A DNA stretch of 64,000 nt from Antechinus flavipes (taxonomy: Eukaryota): assembly GCF_016432865.1 (NCBI RefSeq), contig NC_067401.1, forward strand, positions 16,864,001 through 16,928,000. Direction: 5' to 3'. Position 1 is the first letter of the stretch; the number at the start of each line of letters is the position of its first letter. This document shows, in pieces, positions 35,176 to 46,900 of this stretch. The translations under genes were made by a program, and so were the position numbers. The notes under the pieces were generated by a model. The model had not been told where the DNA came from, made no database searches, and saw only the letters and a list, made by a program, of their open reading frames with translations.

Positions 35176-36972
35176 TATGGTATAATTCTGGATCAAGTCA
35201 CATTGTTTCCTGCCTAAGAGCTTCCCTAGCTAAGATGAATGATGTTTATTTCCTTATTTTTTAATTTTTATTTTTTCTTCCCCCCCCACTTAATTATATT
35301 TGATTTTTCTAAATATAGTTTTCACTTTGATAAGACTTCAAATTCTAATTTTTTTCTTCCTCCTTCTTTCTCTTCCCTCCCTAAGACAGCAAGCAATCTG
35401 ATATGGGTTATACACGTACAATCACATCAAATGCATTGGAACATAGAATTCATGAAAGGAAATAAAATAAAATAAGGCTGGAAAAGAAGGTGGGAGTTAC
35501 ATTATGCGGGACCTCGAATGCTGGGGTGTAGACGTTTGTATTTGATCCCACGGGCATCAGAAAGCCACTGAAAGCTTTTGAAAATGGAAAAGATATGGCC
35601 TGTACCCTAGGAATCATTTCACTATTTGCAGTTAATTTTACTATTTCATCTTCATTATTATCTCCCCAATCTTAGTTTCTTCATCTGTAAAATGGGGCTA
35701 ATAATAACACCTACCTCTCAGAGTTATCAAAAATGCTTTGTAAACTTTCAGGAAATGCTAGTTATCACTATTATTTCATCAAGGTGAACGCTTTCTCCAT
35801 TGTTCCTCCTCCACCTTGACTGCCAACCCCTCCACAGCTTAATGCTCAAGAGTTTCTGTGGCCAAAAACTGACATCACCCCATTATCAAACATAGCTGGG
35901 CTGGTCCCTGGATAGCAAACAAAAGTCTTTTGAAGCCTTTCCAGCTTCTGCTCGTGTCACTGCACCCAGTTAAGGACGGGAGCAAAGCGGGGTTCTGAAG
36001 AGGCCGGAGCAGAGACCAGGCTCCCACATCCCCTGCCCTCAGGCCCACAGATGTGGAAGAAGGTCATTTTCAGAGGCAGGTGATAGAGTTCCTGCTGCAC
36101 ACTTGAATTTCTCCATATTTATTCTTCCTTCTATGTTAAAGAAATATCCTTGTTTCTTACACCTTCATGCGATAGATTTCAAGATGGAAGGAGCCTCGAG
36201 TCCAACTATCACAACCACTGGCCATTTTATACATGAAAAAAACTGAGGCCTGAAGAGTTTGAATAATTTGCATCTGAACTCAAGCCCCACCGACCCCCCG
36301 TCAGAAATCCTGCCTGCCAGTTAGGGCGAGCGCCAAGGGTCGCCCTCCCAGACGACGACGACCCCTCCCTGATAACAACAATGACCCAAACAACCAAGAA
36401 TTGAGCAAAAAGTCATCTGGCAATGGAAACGTCCTTCTCTGCTCCCCTCCCCCTTTCTTCTGTTGAGGGGTCCTATGTCATTATGGGAGACTGGGTTTCC
36501 TAAGATTCAGAATTCAGCTCCCTTTCAGGTAAAAAAAAAAAAGAATTTTTTATGAATTCTCTTTCTATTTCTCTCTTCAGCCGTTCACACAAATCTTCCT
36601 GTGTTTCTCCGAATTCTCACGTCCATCCTTTCTTACCATGTAGTACTTTTTTTAGCTGTTTATATAGCGTACTCTGTTCAGTCTCACCAATGGCTGTGGG
36701 GAGAGGAGCCTATTTTGTGGCCTTCAGCGCCAGAGTCTTCTGCAACTGACGCCACGTATCTCTCTATTTTTCAATAAACCAATGGATAAAGTTGAGGCTC
36801 AAGGCTTTGGAGCCTTGATGGGGACCTGAGGGGGAGGGTGATTTTTCAAGCCAGATGGAGGATGTTCAAATACTTTGTCCTGGCTCCGCTTCCTCCCTAG
36901 GTTCTCTCCCTTTAATGGTCCCAAGGGTCAGGGCTGTTCTAGAAGGAAGGACGTCCATTCAGAGTATATTAT

Positions 36973-37196
36973 TGAGTCATTTTTTTAATTGTGTCTAATT
37001 CTTCATGACCCCGTTTGGGTTTTTCTTGCCAAAGAGACTGGAGCGTTTGGCCATATCGTTCTCTAGTTCATTTGACTGATGAGGAAACTGAGACAATCAG
37101 AGTGAAATGACTTGTCCGGGATCACCCAGCTAGGAAGTGTGTGGGGTGAGATTTGAACTTGTGACCCTGTGTGCACTACGGCACCACCTAGTGGCC
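36973..37196 (-). mobile_element. Mar1-type marsupial CORE-SINE
   Basis: CTTCATGACCCCGTTTGGGTTTTTCTTGCCAAAGAGACTGGAGCGTTTGGCCAT (RTE-like tail), the CORE segment GATGAGGAAACTGAGAC, and a tRNA-like head ending GCACCACCTAG. Confidence 0.75.
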
Positions 37197-37379
37197 ATTT
37201 AGAGTGCAGACATGCTCCAATAGGGCCAAGAGCCTTGGGCTGGGAGACAGGGACATGGAACTGAATGCTAGATTCTCACCATTTCCAGGACGCTGGGTAT
37301 CCTAGAACACCAGATTTCAATTTAGACAACTTCCACAGCTGTCCCCCCAGAGCAAATGGTCCAGCCCCTGCTGCAGGCT

Positions 37380-37850
37380 TCCCAAGACAGGGACCCCGCC
37401 ACCTCCTAATCCTGTTTCACTGCGCCACACCTTCCTTCCTTCCAAACTGGAATTTACCTCTTTGCCACTTCCATTAATCGATTCTCTTGCCAGGAGCTCT
37501 GGGGCCAAACCCAAACCTCCTCCCTCCTCCACATCCAGGACAGCTCTTCAGCCACGGGAGGATCACTAACTGATCCTTCCCTGGCTCTCCTCTCCATTCC
37601 CAGTTCCTTTAAACCATCCTCACAAGGTGTACATGTCAGGTTCTTCGCCATCTTGGTTTTCTCCTCTGGACCCTTTCCAACTCGGTGTCCTTCCCAGACT
37701 GAATACTAGGTGTGCACTAAGCAGAGAACAATGGGGGGACTCTCCTCCCCTTATTTCTGGAAGCTTTTTATTATTATTATTATTTGAAATGCAGCCTAAC
37801 ACTACACTGGCTTTTTGGGATCCCCTATTTAACTAGAGCTCACAGAAATC
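37380..37850 (-). mobile_element. CR1/L3 fragment
   Basis: Antisense L3-like segments TTAAACCATCCTCACAAGG..TTCTCCTCTGGACCCTTTCCA..CTACACTGGCTTTTTGGG. Degenerate. Confidence 0.5.
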
Positions 37851-37913
37851 CTTCTCTGGGCTTCAGTCTCCATGTCTGTGTGATAATTGAGGTGCATTAC
37901 ATTGACCTGTAAG

Positions 37914-38172
37914 AGGCTAACTGTACAATATTTCAGAGTCCGATTCTTTTTGTACAGCAAAATAATGGTTTGGACATGTATACTTATTTTGTATTTAATT
38001 TATACTCTAATATATTTAACATGTATTGGTCATCCTGCCATCTAGGGGAGAGGGTGGAGGGAAGGAGGGGAAAAGTTGGGACAAAAGGTTTGGCAATTGT
38101 CAATGCTGTAAAATTACCCATGAATATAACTTGTAAATAAAAAGCTATTAAAATTTATAAATAAATAAATAA
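37914..38172 (+). mobile_element. 5'-truncated L1 insertion (259 bp) with a 13-bp perfect TSD
   Basis: L1 3'UTR (GTCCGATTCTTTTTGTACAGCAAAATAA..GCCATCTAGGGGAG..AAATAAAAAGCTATT) with a (TAAA)n tail. TSD ATTGACCTGTAAG at 37901-37913 and 38173-38185. Confidence 0.88.
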
Positions 38173-39039
38173 ATTGACCTGTAAGGTCCCTTCCAGTTCC
38201 ATGATCCCATGAGGAAGGCTAAAGGTCCCTTCTAGATGTGATTCTAGATCAGTGCAGGAGGGAAACAGGAAAAGGACCTAGTAGGAGAAGCCACGTTGGA
38301 TGCTGATGGAGTTGGTTTTGCCCACCATCCCTGCTCACTGAGCGGCAGAAACAAGCTATTGGCTAGGCCATTCTCTAGGGCTTTAAAGCTTGTGCCTTAC
38401 CTTGATGCTCTCGATGGATCAAAGCCTCCTGAAGCAGCCCGCTACAGACATTATCATCCCCGTTTTATAGACGCTCAGGAACATGACATCATTTACCTTT
38501 GTCAGGTGGAATTTGAACCCACAGCTCTAGCAAATTGCCAAAAGGTGGCAAGACCCCCTGGCAAAGGCTAGAGCGGGGATGCCAGTAGCTTGAAGTTGAC
38601 CCCACAGAGCAGGGTTGGCAATCTGGGACACCTGGCCAGCTGCTCCCCGCTCCCCCCTTAGGGCCTCGAGTGAGTCTCTCTGACCGCCCCAGCCCCTTGG
38701 ACCACAAGGGAATTGGGTGGGCGTGCAGCCTCCTGCCACCTGATCTTTGTTCCTTTCTTTCTTCTCATTTCCTGGCAACTCCCCCTTCCCACCCCAGGGC
38801 GAGGGGAAAATCAGCAGGGATGGGGTGGAACCAATCTCGGTCACAGGACCCAGGGGCCTGCCACAGGCTGGCCCGGCTCTGATAGCAGCAGTTCAGGTGA
38901 GTGGGGGAAGGAGGAGGAGCTGGGGAGGGCCCCCTCCCGCTCCTTCAGGGTTATTGTAGGAGGATTTAGCAACAGGAGGGACCTCCTAGATCAGCTCCTC
39001 GTGTAATGCCAGAGAAACTGAGGCAAGATAGAGATGAGA

Positions 39040-39140
39040 GAGTTTTAAATATTTTATTAATATTTAATAAACAAAACATTAATTTTATTGATAATTTATT
39101 AATAATTAATATGAATTATTAATTTTATTAATTATTAATT
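39040..39140. repeat. AT-rich low-complexity tract
   Basis: About 100 nt of almost pure A/T with repeated ATTAAT/TTATT. Confidence 0.8.
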
Positions 39141-40249
39141 GACTAGCCAGGACTCTCATCTCAAAGTATCCAGTGGTGAATGTGAGTTCTCAATGGCATA
39201 TAGAGCCACATGGCTCAGCTACAGGGAGACCAAGGCAGGGGCGGAGTCAGAACATTGAGAGTGGGCAGTTTCAGGGCCATAAATTTGGTTCTAGCAGGAT
39301 GGGGGGAAACTGGAAGCCAGAGTCGGGATGTCTGAAGAAACAAAAGTAAAGATGTCAATGAGGTATCCAGGATATGCTTCTCTTCTGGAACATTTCAGAG
39401 GGGGTAGTGCCATAAATTCTTGAGGACAGAAGGCGTTAGGAGCCAGGAAGTCTCTCTCCCCCTCATCTTGAGTCTCACATTGACAATTTATAACCTTAGA
39501 GCAAATGGTCCTTAGTCTTAGTGAACCAGAGGGAGGCTTACAACTAAGGGCATTAAGGCAGAACAGTTAAGGAAACTGAGGCAGAACCAATTAGGGAAAC
39601 TGAGTCAGGACAATTAGAGAGAACTGTGGCACAACACTCATCCCTCCTCTGGCGGAGCTCTGGAAAGGGGAGGTGCTCCGCCAATGACGGACAAGGAGGG
39701 ACTGGCCCATCCTCACAGAGGATGAAGGGGGGAAGGGGCAGGTGCTCCCAGCGTCTGCAGCCCGGGGTGGAATGGGGGAGCATCTGCCCAGAGTCAGGCA
39801 GGATGGGGAGCCGCGATCTGCGCTAATGGAGGGAGGATCCTGGAGCCTCCCAGGAGGAGTCTGAGCAATGGTGACCATTGCCCCTTGGACTTTCTCCCAG
39901 CTGCCCCATCAGTAACAACAATAATGATAACAGCCGCGTGGTAGACGCCGCCATCATTATCTCACTTGATCTTCACCCCAGCCCCAGGGGGAGGCGACAC
40001 GGTCCCCATCCCCGTTTTACACAAGTGGGTTTCACGTGCCCCTCCCCCGCCTCCCCGCTCCCTGCCCTCGGACCCCAGCAGCTGCGGGGAGTAGCAGTCC
40101 ATCAACCCCGAGCCTTGTTAGCCGCGGACTGTGAGCCACCTGACCCTAGGAGGGAGGCGATATTATCATCCCCATTTTACAGAGGAGGAAACTGAGGTAA
40201 GCAGAGGGTACGTGACTCGCCCGTAGCTACTAAGTATTTGAGGCAGAGT

Positions 40250-40950
40250 TGGAATTCCGGGCTTAACTCCGGCTCAGGGACCTGCCCTGGGCAACTCGCG
40301 GAGCGCCGCCAGCCTTGAGGAGGGAGATTTCCCAGCGGAGGATGCCGGGTACCGATGACATCACAGAACTGCCGGCCTGGGTTTTCCGCGCAGGCCCCGG
40401 CGCCAGAGGCGCCCGTCAGCGGCCTAACCAAGGCTGGAGGAGGACTGATGCTCATTTCCCCAGCTGCCGGGGTCCCGAGGGCAGGGAGCGGGAGGTGGGG
40501 GGAGGGGTAAGCGAAGCCAACAACGCTCTTCGGGGCCTGGGAAAACACGTGCCTCACTTGCCCAATCCTGGGCGGTGATTGGCTGCGAGGCTCATGCGGA
40601 GAGCGGGTGGGCGACGGCTGATTGGTCGGGCGGGGCGCGTGTGGGCGGGAATTTAGGGCTGACCCCGAGACGCTGCCCTCTGGGCCTCGCGCCTGCGCCC
40701 TCAGCAGCAACAGCCGTCGTCTTAGAGGCCGGAGGACAAGATGGCGGAGCCTCTGGTGACGCCTCCGAACGACTTGATGCAGGACCAGGACCGGGACGGC
40801 GCGGGAGAGCTGGTGCGCGTGGAGGAGGGATGGGGGGCTTCATCTGTTTGTCCGTCGCAACCCCCATTTCACAGAGGGGGACACTGAGGCACAGGGGTCA
40901 CGTGATCTGACTGCAGTAAGTGCTGGAAATCCAGAATTAGGTGGGGCGCA
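40250..40950. promoter_or_regulatory. Bidirectional CpG-island promoter shared by TRIM50 (-) and FKBP6 (+)
   Basis: CpG-rich. CCAAT boxes at 40562 (+) and at 40577 and 40620 (as GATTGG). GC boxes at 40628-40649, E2F-type GGCGGGAA at 40644-40651, E-boxes CACGTG at 40546 and 40899. A minus-strand donor CAA|GTGAGG at 40558 is a candidate end for TRIM50 non-coding exon 1. Confidence 0.75.
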
Positions 40951-43900
40951 TCCCCACCGCAGGCCTCAGTTTCCTTCTCTGTAAAATTGGGGGAGGGGGG
41001 CTTGGACTAGAGGGGCCCTTCCAGCCCGCCCTGGTATCCTGTGATTTTAAGTCACACTTCCTGCCTCAGTTTCCTCCTCTGTAAAATGTGCTGGGAAGGG
41101 GGGTGGGTAGAAGAACCTGGATCCCGCGACACTTTTTAGGATCCTGTCACTTCCGGCGGGGGTTTCCTTGGGCGAGCCCCTCCCCCTCCCGGCCTCAGTT
41201 TCCTCTGTCAGTGGGAGGGGGGTCGCTGAAGAGGAGACTTTTGTAAGGATTTGCCCCCTGCCCGGGCCCTTTGGCATGTGAGGGGGTGGCAGTGACCTGG
41301 CTCTTCCCCCTCTACCCCAGTCTCCCTACCAGAGATTGAGCCAGCGCATGCAGGATGTCACGGGAGACCGGGGCGTGCTCAAGGAGGTCATCCGGGAGGG
41401 GGCCGGAGACCTGGTGACCCCCGACGCCTCTGTGTTAGGTACGGGGGGGGGGGGGCCTTGGCAGGGGGAGAGGGAGGAAGGAAGGGGGGGGAAGGGAGGA
41501 ATGGGACCTTGGCAGGAGAAAGGGGAGGGGGGAAGGGGACCTTGGCAGGAGAGGGGGGGAGGGGGGAAGGGGGAAGGGGACCTTGGCAGGAGAGGGGGGG
41601 AGGGGGGAAGGGGGGAAGGGGACCTTGGCAGGAGAGGGGGGGAGGGGGGAAGGGGACCTTGGCAGGAGAGGGGGGGAGGGGGGAAGGGGGAAGGGAACTT
41701 TGGCAGGAGAAAGGGGAGGGGGGAAGGGGACCTTGGCAGGGGGCGCTGTCTCTGTAGCCATCTGAAGGGGAAGAGGTCACTGTTTACTTGGCCTCCATCC
41801 CAGGGCTTCTTCCCCATTTTCTAGGACCCCTTTTTGACCAAGAAATGTTTACATGATTCCAGGTATGTGGGTATATAAAATAAATAACACAAACATTTCC
41901 TGAAATTCAGTCATCGTTTTTGCCAGCCCTACATTCAGGCATGAGACCCCCTGTGGGGTCACAACCCACAGCGTCATCGGGGGTTCTAGAGCGTCAGGGG
42001 ATGTTGGGCAAGCACCCGGACGCCGGTTAGGAATGGGCCTTGAGGCCAGTAGTTCAGATGTTCTAAGAAGAACCCGGACCGAGCCGTCTCTAGGATGTAG
42101 ATGTAGCCAGTGAGGATTTCCTAGCGAGGGGGGAGGGGCTCTGCCAGAGACCCCTTCCTGCGCCAGCTGCTCCCCTTGCTGCAGCCGGGTCCCGGGTAGA
42201 AGCTCGGCCTCCGCTGGTTCTGGTTGGGCTTTGCTCGTGGATTTGGTTCTGTGGACACAGATGACTTTCTCTCCTGTCTCCTTCAGTGAAATACTCTGGC
42301 TACCTGGAGCACATGGACAAGCCCTTTGACACCAACTGCTATAGGAAGGTCCCTCGCCTGATGAAGCTGGGAGAAGGTGAGGCTGGGGGTGGGGAAGTGC
42401 CGCTGTGTGTGGGGGTGGGGGAGAGGGGAGTGCCTTGGCTGTCCCAGTTCATCTTGTGACTGGGAAATTGATGAAAGGGGCATCCGGCCCAGGGCACAGG
42501 CAGAGGGCAAGGAATTCCTTCCAGTCCAACCGGCTTCAATTCAGTCCTCTCCGTGCCAGGCTAAGTGCCAGGGGCTGGCAGACGCAGACCAAGCGAAAGC
42601 CGCCCCACCTGAGCAGCCACAGGGAAGCGTGTATGATCTCAGAGGAGCACCAGCCATGAAGGAGATTGGGAGCAGCTTTCTAGGGCAGGTGGCCTTGGGC
42701 CTTGCCTCTCACCAGAGGGCAGGAGGGAGGGGGACCCAGGAGGAGTAGCTAGGGAGATACTCAGGCTGAATTGTAAGGGATAACCAGGCAGCTGGCTCAT
42801 AGTCATTTATGAAGCTCCTACTGTGTGCCAGGTATGCTAAAAACACAGTAGTCTGCCTGTCGAGAAGATGGTATCTACAGGTAAATGTAGAGAGCAGCAA
42901 TTTTCTTTTTTTTTTGGAGGGGGGAACATTTGCAGGTGGGGGAAAGGGTCTGTCTGAAAAGGCTCTTTTTTACTTTTTATTTTTTTTGCTTGAGCAAATT
43001 TTGAAGGAAAAAAGGAACTCCCTGAGGGGAAATGAGTTGGGATCATGCGCCAGGCAGGTTGGCAGTGTGGTGTGAGGAACGGTGTAGTCTGTCAAATCAG
43101 GTCCCAGAGATGGGTGAGGGCCAGAGTGGAGAAAAGTGGGTAAAAGACAGGAGTTTATGTTTGATTGTAGAGGCAGTGGGAAGCCTTCTGAGCTGAATAG
43201 GTTACACCTGCATGTCAGGGGAATGATTTTTCAAACTTGCATTTCACTTTAAAGAAGAATGTTTTCTTCTCTGTACTTCTTCCCTCCCCCTCCTCCCAAT
43301 TGGGGACAAAAAGGGAAAAAAGAACTTCTGATAGCAAATGTGCCCATTCAGCAGACAGAACTACTACTACCCTCCCTGCCCCTTGACCTTGTCCAGAAAT
43401 GCCTCTGCCGGCTCCTGTCAGGGCGTGGCCAGCGGGGGCAGTGGTCCTGGATGGCTCTGAACTCTGTGGGTCACCGGCCTTATCCGTGAGCTCCTTGCTG
43501 GGTCTGGCAGTTCAGGAAAGTTGTCGCATTCTCCAAAACTCTCCCTGTTGTCATTTCTTCTGGCGCAGGAGAATTCCCTTCTGTTCTGTCCTTTAATTTG
43601 ACCGGCCATTCCCCAGTGTGTGGGCGGCACCCTTAGTGTCTGCTTCTTTGCCACTCCAAAAAGAGCAGCTGTCAGTCATTTGGTGCTCTTCTCTCCGAGG
43701 GCTCTAGGCCCGGGGCCACGCTGCTGTGGTCAAGGGGACGTACGGCTTAGTGACGCGGGCGTCATTCTAAATTGGTGCATGATGACTGAGAAGGAAACCA
43801 CTGAGGTGTCCCTAAGTGGCGAAGGCTTGGACAGTTGGGGGAGGGTGGAAGCAGAGTTCTTGTGGGAGGTTATTAGAGTAGTGAGGTGAGAGGGCCCAGG

Positions 43901-46900
43901 CCAGACTGGGGAGAAGCTGGTTAGTGGCTAGAGCCAGGATCCGCTGCACGGCCCATGGTGTTGGTCTCTGATCCCCAGAGGGACAATGGTTATTGGATGA
44001 CCAGTGGGTCTCTGGTGAGCCTTTTGTGTCCTCTCTCCTTTGGGATACTGGAAAAAGGCAGGTGGAAATCCAGCCCGTGCCTCTTCTGTTCTAGAGATCA
44101 CTCTGTGGGGAATGGAGGTGGGCCTGCTGACAATGCGGAAAGGGGAGCTGGCCAGATTTCTCTTCAAGCCACGATACGCCTACGGGGCCCTGGGCTGCCC
44201 GCCCTTGATTCCACCCAACACCACGGTCCTGTTTGAGCTGGAGCTGCTGGACTTCCTGGACTCTGCCGAGTCCGATGAATTCTTCGCTTTAACTGCCGTA
44301 AGTCCCGAGAGCATACTGGGCTTGTGGGGATGGCCTCTCTCTGGCCCGGTATCCTACAGAGGGACATTTGTTTCTTGGTTTTCATCTGTCTTGGCCAGAT
44401 TCTCCTTTCCTCACTTCCCCTTCTGAAGTGGGGAATGGGGACCCATGCTACTTAACATTTTGTGTGTTTTTATTAGATGAGATGAACGGATATGAAGAGC
44501 TCTTCACGAATATATAGCAGTGGTAGTGATGATGTGCCACTAAGTAGACACACTAAATTTTTGTTAATTCATTTATATAATACTTTACTACCCTAATTAC
44601 TAAATTTGCTTCCTGAATAGTCTTGGTCAGACGATGTGTTTTAAAAATCAGTATAATATGATACCTGTAGCCATCTAATTATACCGTCTCTTATTTTACA
44701 TTTCCTCATCACACATTTACTTTTTTTTTTTTGGCCCAGGGACACAGCTAGGAAGTATTAAGTGTCCAAGGTCAGATTTGAACTCAGGTCCTCCTGACTT
44801 CAGGGTTGGTGCTCTATCTACTTGTTTATCATTTTTAAACAGAATCTGTGTTGGGAAGGATTTGGAAACCATTTAGAGTCATTCTGCTTGGCTAAGGATT
44901 CCATGTGTGACATCCTTTGCAAATGGTTGTCTTGACATTCCCCTGAAAACCCAATTGGATTTTTAACTTTCATCCTAGCAGAATTTATCTTTCCTGACTT
45001 TTACCCATTGTTTTAACCCCTCACCAACTTACAAGATCCCATCTCATCTGATGCATCGGCCATCCAAGCTTTGTGTCATCTGGTCAGTTTGACAGAAACT
45101 CCCATCTTTGCTTTCTTTCGGTTCATTGAAAGAAACTTTGACCTGCACAGAGGTAAGGAAAAGACCCCTCAGGCGGTCTCTTAATGAGACTATTCAAGGA
45201 GATCATGGCTCTGGTTCTAGTCATTCACTCAGTTCCATAGTCCACATGTTTCTAGCCTATCCGTGAGGAAACTGACAAATTTTGTCAAACACTTAGCAGA
45301 AATCTAGATTTTCTAAGTATAAGTACTTTGTCAAGAAAAAGGAAATGAGGTTAATTTATTAGCATGACCTATCTGAATGAAGCTCTACTGGCCCTTAATG
45401 ATTATAGATTGCCTTATTAAGTGATAAACTTTTCCCTTCATGTTCCATTCTCAAATAGCAAGATAAGCTTCAAATAGGTGCCTGGTGTATACAGCAAGGG
45501 TGACATTGAAAACAAAGGAGCAAATGAGAAGATACCTTTTGGATCTCTGAAGAACACATGACCAAAACAGATGAAGTGATTACCTAAGAAGTGTGTGTAT
45601 GGGATGGGGGGGTGTAAAATTTAAAAGGTTTTGCACAAACAAGGCTAAAATGAGAAAAGAAGCAGGCAACTGGGGCACAAAATGTTAGCAACAAGTTTTA
45701 CTGGTAAATATCTTGTCCCTAAGGTAGATGGGAGTTGAATAAAATTTATAAGAATAAAAGCCATTTCCAGATGGACAAAAGACTATGAGCCAGCAATTTT
45801 CTGAGGAAGAAATCCAAGCTTTTGATAGAAGTATGGAAAAAAAAAAAGTGCTCCCATGTTTAACCTGTGTCGAATTGCTTGCTGTCTTGGGGAATGAGGA
45901 GAGAGTGAGAAAGAAAAATTTGGAACACAAGGTTTTGCAAAGGTGAATGTTGAAAATATCTTTTCATGTATTTGGAAAAATGAAGTTATTAAAATAAAAA
46001 AATTAAAAGAAGCTGAGAATTGAAAGGCTACTTGTTTGTATAAAAGGATAATCTGACTCACAAAACAAAATAAGCAAATTAACAACAAAAAAAAAAAAAA
46101 AAAAACATGTTTTAAATCACTGATAATTAGGGAAATACAACTAAAGCAGCTCCGGAGGTTCTGCTTCATTCATGTCAGATTGGTTAAGTTGACAAAAAAG
46201 GAAACGACTGAATAATGATGGTAGAAGAAGATAAATGGAATGTTGTTGTCCCATTAGAAATGCTAAAGGGGAAGGTTTTTCTTGGAAAGACGTGTTTGAT
46301 CCAGTGCAATTTGTGAATAAAGGGTTCTGAAGACAGCATAGGAAGACTTCAGAATTCTTCTCAAGGTGTGACTAAAGAGGCCTCATCAAGAAACCTGCCA
46401 TTCGCTTGCCAACAGTGGGATTGGACTTGGGGTCCTGATTGGGACGTAGCCAAGGCTGGAATTGGTTTGACTATGAAGATTAGTTACAGAGGCTTGGTTA
46501 AGGAAGAAAAATTAATTTTTCTTAATTGAAAACAAATTTTAAAGATACAAAATTTACGTTACAACTGGAGTTTTGCTAGAAATGAAGTCAGGCTCCCTGA
46601 TCTGTGGTGTACAGAATTCCCCCCATTTCCAGTTGTTTGTTTTCAATTGAGGTAACCTTGATCCTTTTCTAGTTCTGTGCTGTCCGTTCTATGCCGAACG
46701 GTCTCAGCTGCCTCATTCAGGCCCTTTGGTGCTTCCTGATGATCCTACTCACTGGGGGGAGCCTGATGCTTTCTTACCACCTCCTCAGCCTGGATTTCCA
46801 CTCTCTACTCGAACGTTTTCTCAGAACATGAAATGCAAGGTGAATTGCTTCACCTTCTTTCTCTAACTCTTTATTAGCCCACCCAACTCAAACTGGCCCT

